Virus record (IMG/VR): IMGVR_UViG_3300047462_000185
Location: 32,001 to 96,000 of that record
Direction: 5' to 3' (one strand)
From: a virus
DNA: 64,000 bases
The notes under the pieces were generated by a model that saw only the letters and a list, made by a program, of their open reading frames with translations, did no database searches and was not told the origin of the DNA. Position numbers and translations under genes: made by a program. Positions 57,677-64,000 of this stretch are shown here, one piece after another; position 1 is the stretch's first letter; each line of letters begins with the position of its first letter.

Positions 57677-59304
57677 GGCACATCGAAGCGGCCAGACTTC
57701 CATTCGTAGATCAGGCCGTGCTCGAGCAGTTCTAGAGCGGTCTCGTCGCTCATCTCGGGCTGTATGCCGATAGCCAGCGTCTCGAACGCGGTGCCCGCTT
57801 CCTTCGACAGCCCTTTACAAGGGTGCTCGGTCACAGCGTTTCGTCCTGAAGGATCGAGACGGCGTGCTGCATGCCGCTCAGGTAGATCGCGGCCAACGCC
57901 TCGCGGAACGAGAAAGACGCGTTGCTCATGTCGGTGAAAATGCTCAGCGCGATCTGCTGCGCCGCCTCGTTCTGGTCAGCGGTCACGTTGCATCGATCCA
58001 TGTTGTAGGGGACCATTCGAAACCGCCCGCCCGGCCTGGACGGCCTCAGCGGCTCGGGTTGCACTGGACTCTTCATGTCGGGCGCGCCTGCTCGCGTTTG
58101 AGCTCACTCTGGCGGCGCTGGTCTTCGGCCGCTTTGCCATGCTCGACCCAATACCGTGTAACCCTAGCCAAAGCTTCCAGCGCAATCTTGCGTTCGGGAT
58201 TTGTCGCAGCGGTTCCCAGCGCTGCGACACAGCCATAGGACAACGCCTGAATCACCTGGTTGGGGGAATGTCCATCCATGATCGCGTGTCTGAGCAATTC
58301 GCCAACTCCGACGCTGAACCGTTCGCCGAGTTCGACGTTTAACTTCTCGCCCATGCCGATTTGCTATCAGCAAGAACGGTTGCAACGATATGCTGAACAG
58401 ACTCAATCGTGACCTGCATATTGGCCAAGCGTTTTTCGGCGTCCACTAAGCACAGACGTATCGCCTCCCCGCCGTCCTGGATTTTGGATTCTTTAGTCAT
58501 GTCCCGAACGCCCCTCAAGATACGAAAACAAGGCTATTGCGAGTTCGCGCTCATCGTGGTCGGCCAACACTAAGTCGCCTCGGGGCGCGACCCTTGTCAT
58601 GCGTCTGATAATTCCGCACATGCCGGAAAGCAGCTGCTCTCGGGTTGATCGTTGAATAGGAAGATCGACGGCGCGCACCCCCACAACAGCCTCCACGAAC
58701 GCCGCGCCTTCGCGCTTTGCTTCGGACGCCGCGCCGGATAGGGCTGGGGATTGGCGCTGGGCGTGTGAGTTGTTGCGGTTAGCGTCTTCGCAGATAGTCA
58801 ATATGCGAGAGCAAGCAAGTAAGGCGGCTCCATGCCTTTCTGCATCGAAGGAGTGATAGGCCGTTTGCGGGATGCGTCCCGTGCCATCGCACCGGTCGCA
58901 CGCGAGCGAAAGCGCGCCACCGTTGCATTCCGGCTCAGCTACGGGAAGGGCGCCCCTGCCGCCGCAGCGCGGGCACAGGGCCGTTTGGAGTTGGTCAGCG
59001 GGCATTTTCATCCTCCAAACTGAGAACCGCGCGGATGGCATCTTCGGCTGTAAGGTAAGGGCCGCCGCGCCCTATGGTGCTGCGCTCATTCCATCTGGCT
59101 TGCCAGTGCTGGCCGCCCGCGCGATCTCCCCATGAGAGGCCGCAACGCTGCTGCGGCGTCAGGGATGCGAGCAGGTCGCTCAAGCCGGTCATGACAGCAC
59201 CATTGGCGTGAAGTCCGGGTTGCGGATGCTTTCATCCTTGTCGCCGCGCAATCTTCGTGCTTGCCGCCGTGCTCGGCGGGGCATGAGCCTAGGTCGGCCA
59301 TTTA

Positions 59305-59496
59305 TCATAGGTAGACCCCTTCCCTGATCTGGGTGGCGAGCCGGATCACCTCGTCGAGCTGGCCCGTCGAGATCAACGCCTGAGGCGACCGTCCGCCCAG
59401 CAGCTTGTGCGGCTCGTCCAGCCAGTCGTCGAACTCCTCCAGGGTGAACAGGTCGCTCAGCAGTTCGTAGACCTGGGTCGCGTCGATGCAGTCCAT
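59305..59496 (-). CDS. Xre/MbcA/ParS antitoxin C-terminal-like protein (DUF2384)
   Basis: WLDEPHKLLGGRSP..L..G..EV..L..I.EG. Confidence 0.7.
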   Translation of the reverse strand: MDCIDATQVYELLSDLFTLEEFDDWLDEPHKLLGGRSPQALISTGQLDEVIRLATQIREGVYL

Positions 59497-60010
59497 CCTG
59501 GATGTCCTCCTGCTCGCGTGAATCGTAGCGCGGCGAGATTGACACATCAATATGTGTTTTGTAGCGTGCCGTGCAGCAGCATGAGGCGGCCCGGATCATG
59601 AGGATGATCTCAATCTCTGTGATGGTCTTCATCGGCATTGCGGCCTGGAAGGCCCTCGACATGATCAAACTTCTTTGCGGAACGGAAACCGCGATCTGGA
59701 TCGCTCTGATCGTCATCGTCGTTGTGCTCTGCATCCTGGACAGCACGAACTATGGGTGACGTCGATCTCGATCAGGTCAGATGCATTACCCTGATTGGCT
59801 ATCGCACGGCCGAACCGCCCGAATGGAACAACGATGCCGAAGCCCTGGCTGAGCAACAGCGTATCGAATACCTGGATGGCCTGCCGTGCTGGCTGGAGTA
59901 TCGAAAGAAATGCGCCGGGGCGTAGGCCGTCCAGCCGCCACGGGAGCGGCTGGAAACGGGCTGTCAACCTTTACGACCCCGGCGCACCTGACCACGAGAG
60001 GATGTAGTAG

Positions 60011-61090
60011 ATGCCGGACGATCTGAACAAGCTGTTCGGACTCGACAAGCTGCCACCGCCGGTCGACCAAGACGAGCGCACCCTCCTCGATGGATCGCCC
60101 GTCACACCGGATCATCTCGAAATCCAGCCCGACGGCATGCAGAAGAGCTATATGGTGCTCAGCGAGGCCGAACGCGCCAAGGGCTTCGTGCGCCCCGTCA
60201 GGCACTCCTACAGGCATTTGACCTGCGGCACGGTCACCACGATGGGAAGTGCGCTGGCCGAGACTTATGCGCGCTCGCCCACGTTCTATTCGGGCACGTT
60301 CTGCGTCGGTTGCCGCAAGCACCTTCCGGTCGGTGAGGATGGTGAGTTCGTGTGGGATGGCACTGACGAGAAGGTCGGCACATGACCACGCGCGCCGCTG
60401 ACGATGTCACCGAGATCGCGAAGCGCACCAAGCAGCTTCGGGACGAGCGCGAGATGGCGACTGATATCGACAAGGCCACAGGCGAGTGGCTGGACCTGCA
60501 CGGCCGCCGTGCCGGTGTGACGCGGGTCGCTCATGAGTCCGATTATGCCTATCGCAACCGCATCAAAGCGGCGACAGGACAGTGACAGCCAATGCGAAAA
60601 CCTCGATCCGGATGCGTCGGCCTGGCGGCGGCGATCTCGACGGCTATATTTTCACTGATGAGGCCCATGCGCGCCGGTGGTTGCAGCAGGGATTCGTGGC
60701 CGACTGGGATATCAGACTTGAGCGCGTTGAGCTGAAAAACGACGGCATATGTCCGCATTGCCGCGGTTCGGGCACCAGTGAACGCCACGCCAAGGTAATC
60801 CAGCGGCTGAGTGTGGCCGAATTCCTGGGGAAATCATGACCGCATACATCGACGCCGCCAGTCTGAACGAAAACGACCGGATCATAATGATCGGGTCGTC
60901 GGTGATGAAGGCGCCGGCGTCGTCGGCCGACAAGCCGCTGGTCGCCGGCTTCATCGTCGAGACGGACGAGAAGGCCGATCGCTACATCGCCAAGCTGCAG
61001 AAGCGCTTCCCCGGCATTCGTGTCATCGACCGCAACCCTGGCCCAGTGGCTGACACGGTCCTGGTGCGGGTCGGGCCGCCCCTACGGTGA
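60011..61090 (+). CDS. Four coupled small hypothetical genes (60011-60385, 60382-60585, 60582-60839, 60836-61090)
   Basis: 4 nt overlaps; first has FVRPVR.SY.H..CG..TFC..C. Confidence 0.6.
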
Positions 61091-61267
61091 TCACGAAAAT
61101 TCCGCTTGCGCGACCACATCAAGATGGGATAGCGCTTCCGGTCATGAGCATGAAGCCATCACATCGCGTCACGAATACATTCCGGCTCGGGCAAGAAAAG
61201 CCCGCGTCGCAGGGTATTTGCGCGCGTGGAGGGTTCTGGCGGGGGTAACGCCCCGGATCGGCGAAAG

Positions 61268-61308
61268 CCACCAGAAGCCTCCGCGGGTCAGCCCTCGGAG
61301 GCTTTTTT
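61268..61308 (+). terminator. Terminator-like hairpin ending a structured leader ahead of the tRNA array
   Basis: AAGCCTCCG..CGGAGGCTTTTTT. Confidence 0.6.
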
Positions 61309-61394
61309 GTTGCTCGCGAGATGTCAGTCCTGTGCAAGTCCAGGGCCAAGCGCCGACTACGTGGCCTGGTAGAGCTTTTTGTTCTTTGACTTGT

Positions 61395-61469
61395 GGGGGC
61401 GTAGCTCAGCGGGAGAGCACTGGTCCTGCAAACCGGGTGTCGTCGGTTCGAGTCCGACCGCTTCCACCA
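61395..61469 (+). tRNA. tRNA-Ala(TGC)
   Basis: Cloverleaf, G3-U70, CCA. Confidence 0.85.
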
Positions 61470-61473
61470 CTAT

Positions 61474-61548
61474 GCGGCTGTAGCTCAGAGGTAGAGCACC
61501 TGCTTGCCAAGCAGGATGTCGAGGGTTCGATTCCCTCTGGCCGCTCCA
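61474..61548 (+). tRNA. tRNA-Gly(GCC)
   Basis: Cloverleaf, CCA. Confidence 0.9.
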
Positions 61549-61577
61549 TATTGCGTGTCCCGATTGGGACGATAGTT

Positions 61578-61652
61578 GCGCTTGTAGCTTAATGGTAGAG
61601 CCGGCTGCTCATAACAGCCTCGGTGCCCGTTCGACCCGGGCCGGGCGCACCA
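61578..61652 (+). tRNA. tRNA-Met/Ile2(CAT)
   Basis: Cloverleaf, CTCATAA loop. Confidence 0.85.
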
Positions 61653-61671
61653 TTTGGCTCGCGCAGGAGAT

Positions 61672-61747
61672 AGCGGGGTAGACTGGAGGCGGTTCCAGCT
61701 AGGTCTCATAAGCCTAAGAGGGTGGTTCGATTCCACCCCCGCTACCA
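61672..61747 (+). tRNA. tRNA-Met(CAT), initiator-like acceptor stem
   Basis: AGCGGGG/CCCCGCT, CTCATAA loop. Confidence 0.8.
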
Positions 61748-61751
61748 AATT

Positions 61752-61826
61752 GCCGATGTAGCTCAGTGGTAGAGCGCCGCTTTGAAGAAGCGGGCGTGGG
61801 TGGTTCAATTCCATCCGTCGGCACCA
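61752..61826 (+). tRNA. tRNA-Phe(GAA)
   Basis: Cloverleaf, CCA. Confidence 0.88.
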
Positions 61827-61830
61827 CGAT

Positions 61831-61906
61831 GCGGCGCTAACACTCTGGGGAGTGTGTCTGCCTTCCAAGCAGTTCCAGACGGGTTCGATCCCCGTGCGCC
61901 GCTCCA
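61831..61906 (+). tRNA. tRNA-Gly(TCC)
   Basis: Cloverleaf, CCA. Confidence 0.8.
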
Positions 61907-61968
61907 TCTAGCCGGGAGTGCTCCATTTTGCACGTCCGCGCCACGGTGCGGTCCGGCGGCCATTTCGA

Positions 61969-62045
61969 TCCGGTCGGTCCATAATGGCAATGGAACGAGA
62001 CTGTTAATCTCGACGCTGCTGGTTCGAATCCAGCGACCGGAGCCA
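61969..62045 (+). tRNA. tRNA-Asn(GTT)
   Basis: Cloverleaf, G73, CCA. Confidence 0.85.
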
Positions 62046-62049
62046 GTTT

Positions 62050-62123
62050 GGGAGTCAAGTGTTACGGTAGCACGACCGGCTCCAACCCGGTTAGCGTGGG
62101 TTCAACTCCTACGACTCCTGCCA
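62050..62123 (+). tRNA. tRNA-Trp(CCA)
   Basis: Cloverleaf, CCA. Confidence 0.85.
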
Positions 62124-62127
62124 AATT

Positions 62128-62203
62128 GCGTCGCGAGCCAGACGGCAGAGGCGTTCCGCTGCAAACGGAAAAACACCGTGTTCAATTCACGGGCGGCGCT
62201 CCA
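62128..62203 (+). tRNA. tRNA-Cys(GCA)
   Basis: Cloverleaf, U73, CCA. Confidence 0.82.
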
Positions 62204-62210
62204 ACTCGAT

Positions 62211-62286
62211 GGTGACGTGAGTCAGCCGGCGTGGACGGCCCGCTGTGACCGGGTCTAGATGGGTTCAACTCCCATACGTCACCCCA
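62211..62286 (+). tRNA. tRNA-His(GTG)
   Basis: Cloverleaf with G-1/C73. Confidence 0.82.
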
Positions 62287-62290
62287 ATTT

Positions 62291-62365
62291 GCCGGATTAG
62301 CACAGCGGAAGTGCAGTGGTTTTGTAAACCGAAGGTCAGGAGTTCGAATCTCCTATCCGGCTCCA
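62291..62365 (+). tRNA. tRNA-Thr(TGT)
   Basis: Cloverleaf, imperfect anticodon stem. Confidence 0.8.
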
Positions 62366-62374
62366 GTTTCATGA

Positions 62375-62447
62375 TCCCCGGTCGTCTAATGGCAGGACAT
62401 CGGATTCTGGATCCGAGGGTTGTGGTTCGAGTCCATGCCGGGGAGCC
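62375..62447 (+). tRNA. tRNA-Gln(CTG)
   Basis: Cloverleaf; acceptor stem one base short on the 3' side. Confidence 0.78.
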
Positions 62448-62484
62448 ATTGAAACACACACTTCGATGTGTTATTGCCGTTTTA

Positions 62485-62796
62485 ATGAAGATGCGCACCG
62501 ATCGCAGTCAGATCAAGGAAATGCTTCGAAGAGGCGTTTCATATTCGAAGATCACTGCTAAGACGGGCGCAACAAAAGGCACGCTCAGCTACATAGCAAA
62601 GAGCAGTGGAAAACCTCTAACGCTTCGTCTTGATCATTTCGATGGTGATGGAGGAAATCACGACATTGAAAACCTACGGTTCATATGTCCCAATTGCGAT
62701 AGCCAATCTCCAACTTACGGACACAGAAACCGCGGGCGTTACGCTCGGCTTGGGGTTAAGCTTTCAAGTGTGCAGGGTAGCCACACCGCGTTTTGA
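62485..62796 (+). CDS. HNH endonuclease (short, probably internally deleted)
   Basis: LDHFDGDGGNHDIENLRFICPNC.SQ..TY; N-terminal HTH; low GC; reads into the next tRNA. Confidence 0.7.
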   Translation: MKMRTDRSQIKEMLRRGVSYSKITAKTGATKGTLSYIAKSSGKPLTLRLDHFDGDGGNHDIENLRFICPNCDSQSPTYGHRNRGRYARLGVKLSSVQGSHTAF

Positions 62797-62835
62797 GCGC
62801 GGAAGCAAGGGGTTCGACTCCTCGGCCCCAAACCA
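62751..62835 (+). tRNA. Atypical tRNA-Gln(TTG) with enlarged D region
   Basis: TGGGG acceptor, CCGCG-TTTTGAG-CGCGG, TTCGA T-loop. Confidence 0.6.
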
Positions 62836-62839
62836 GTTT

Positions 62840-62914
62840 CGCCCATTCGTTCAATGGCAGGACAACCGATTCTCGATCGGTCAACGCGGGTTCGATTCTC
62901 CGCATGGGCGACCA
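62840..62914 (+). tRNA. tRNA-Glu(CTC)
   Basis: Cloverleaf, CCA. Confidence 0.8.
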
Positions 62915-62917
62915 GTT

Positions 62918-62999
62918 GCGCGTGTGGCGGAACGGTAGACGCGGCCCCCTTAAAGCGGGCTGTCTCGGCGTGCAGGTTCGATTCCTGTCGCGCGCACCA
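62918..62999 (+). tRNA. tRNA-Leu(TAA)
   Basis: Cloverleaf with variable arm. Confidence 0.8.
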
Positions 63000-63172
63000 A
63001 TCAGGAGCAGCACATGAGTGATCGCGATGTCCCGCTGCACACCTACGAGCTGATCTATCGAGACGCCAATGTGAAGCGACAGCGCATGCGCGTCGCCGGC
63101 GGCTGGATCTACTCGTGCTCGCTGCTTAGCTCGACCGGCAGCGTGGCAATTTCGGAAGTTTTGGTTCCAGAT

Positions 63173-63249
63173 GCTCGCGTGGGCCAACAGGTAGAGTCAG
63201 CACGTTGAGAGCGTGTCCAGTGCCGGTTCGAGTCCGGCCGCGAGCACCA
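63173..63249 (+). tRNA. tRNA-Leu(GAG), short variable loop
   Basis: Cloverleaf, A73, variable region CCAGT. Confidence 0.8.
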
Positions 63250-63253
63250 GATT

Positions 63254-63330
63254 GCGGGGATGGGCAAATCGGTAAAGTCGCTGCGTTCAGACCGCAAGGT
63301 GTGGGCTTCGAATGCACCCGCTCTCCGCCA
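63254..63330 (+). tRNA. Degenerate tRNA-Leu(CAG)
   Basis: D-loop and anticodon arm recognisable; T arm and 3' end irregular. Confidence 0.5.
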
Positions 63331-63333
63331 AAT

Positions 63334-63422
63334 GGAAGGTGAAGTCGGCAGGAGCCGGCCGCCCGTTCGAAACGGGAGGAGACCCGCGAGGGTCAGGGGA
63401 TCAAGACCTCCGCCTTCCGCCA
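63334..63422 (+). tRNA. tRNA-Ser(CGA)
   Basis: Long variable arm, G73; T-loop ATCAAGA. Confidence 0.75.
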
Positions 63423-63426
63423 GCTT

Positions 63427-63515
63427 GGATCGTGCCGGGGGTTGGCTCCCCCAGCGGGTTGCTAACCCGTGGCTCCCCTCCGGGGATGAGGGTTCGATGC
63501 CTTCACGATCCGCCA
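63427..63515 (+). tRNA. tRNA-Ser(GCT)
   Basis: Long variable arm, G73. Confidence 0.8.
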
Positions 63516-63516
63516 T

Positions 63517-63592
63517 GCCCCGTTAGCAGAGTGGCTAATGCGCGTCCTTGGTAAGGACGAGATCGCCGGTTCGATTCCGGCACGGGGCTCCA
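63517..63592 (+). tRNA. tRNA-Thr(GGT)
   Basis: Cloverleaf, CCA. Confidence 0.88.
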
Positions 63593-63678
63593 TACGACCA
63601 GCCGTTTGCACCACGCCTGAGCCGGCCGCGGCCTGATGGGGCCGGACGCTTTCGCGAACGGGTGTGGCAGGCTGTGCT

Positions 63679-63763
63679 GGGCAGGGACAGCCGGTGGCTC
63701 CGGCGAGCGGCCTGTAAAGCCGTGCCCTTCGGGGGAGAGGATCGAAACCTCACCTGCCCACCA
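63679..63763 (+). tRNA. tRNA-Tyr(GTA)
   Basis: Variable arm, CTGTAAA loop. Confidence 0.78.
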
Positions 63764-63765
63764 TT

Positions 63766-63840
63766 GCTCGCGTAGCTCAATGGCAGAGCAGTCGGTTGAT
63801 AACCGACCGACGATGGGTTCGATTCCCACCGCAAGCACCA
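63766..63840 (+). tRNA. tRNA-Ile(GAT)
   Basis: Cloverleaf, CCA. Confidence 0.85.
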
Positions 63841-63851
63841 GATCACGAGAA

Positions 63852-63927
63852 ACACCGGTAACTCAGAGGCCAGAGTGCTGTCCTTTTAAGTCAGAGGTCG
63901 CGGGTTCGAATCCCGTCCGGTGTTCCA
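63852..63927 (+). tRNA. tRNA-Lys(TTT)
   Basis: Cloverleaf, CTTTTAA loop. Confidence 0.82.
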
Positions 63928-64000
63928 TGAATTCCTCGCGGACGCGCGGGGCGCTGCATTCCGCGATAGGTCCAAAGAGCACGCGGGTGCAGCTGGATTT

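Overview
A 64 kb piece of a large, GC-rich temperate tailed phage, probably with an alphaproteobacterial host (inference from gene families). In order: a giant tail fibre (5' end outside the window); a lysis cassette (spanins, GH108 endolysin); a leftward block of small genes plus AAA ATPase, ParB, SSB, ERF and YqaJ; a replication module (initiator with iterons, primase-helicase); an IS1595-disrupted segment; a cro/cI switch; a second leftward small-gene array; terminase (intein-containing) and portal; xis-attP-int; and an array of at least 23 tRNA genes with an HNH gene. The main result is that about 31 junctions between the leftward small genes each carry a minus-strand RNA element with hammerhead-ribozyme topology. 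All three circular permutations (types I, II, III) occur. The stems differ in sequence but keep pairing, and the core covaries at the 3-8 tertiary pair (C-G, G-C, U-A) and at 15.1-16.1 (A-U, C-G, G-C, G-U). The upstream stop codon is often in an element loop and the downstream Shine-Dalgarno sequence is often part of the core. Self-cleavage is untested, and several copies carry substitutions expected to impair it. Also seen: a ~650 nt structured non-coding region, a Pro-initiated class 3-like intein, an ~18-copy CACAT-N4-ATGTG operator, a chromosomal-type parS, and an intact attP matching a tRNA-Asn 3' end. All calls were made by eye without database searches.
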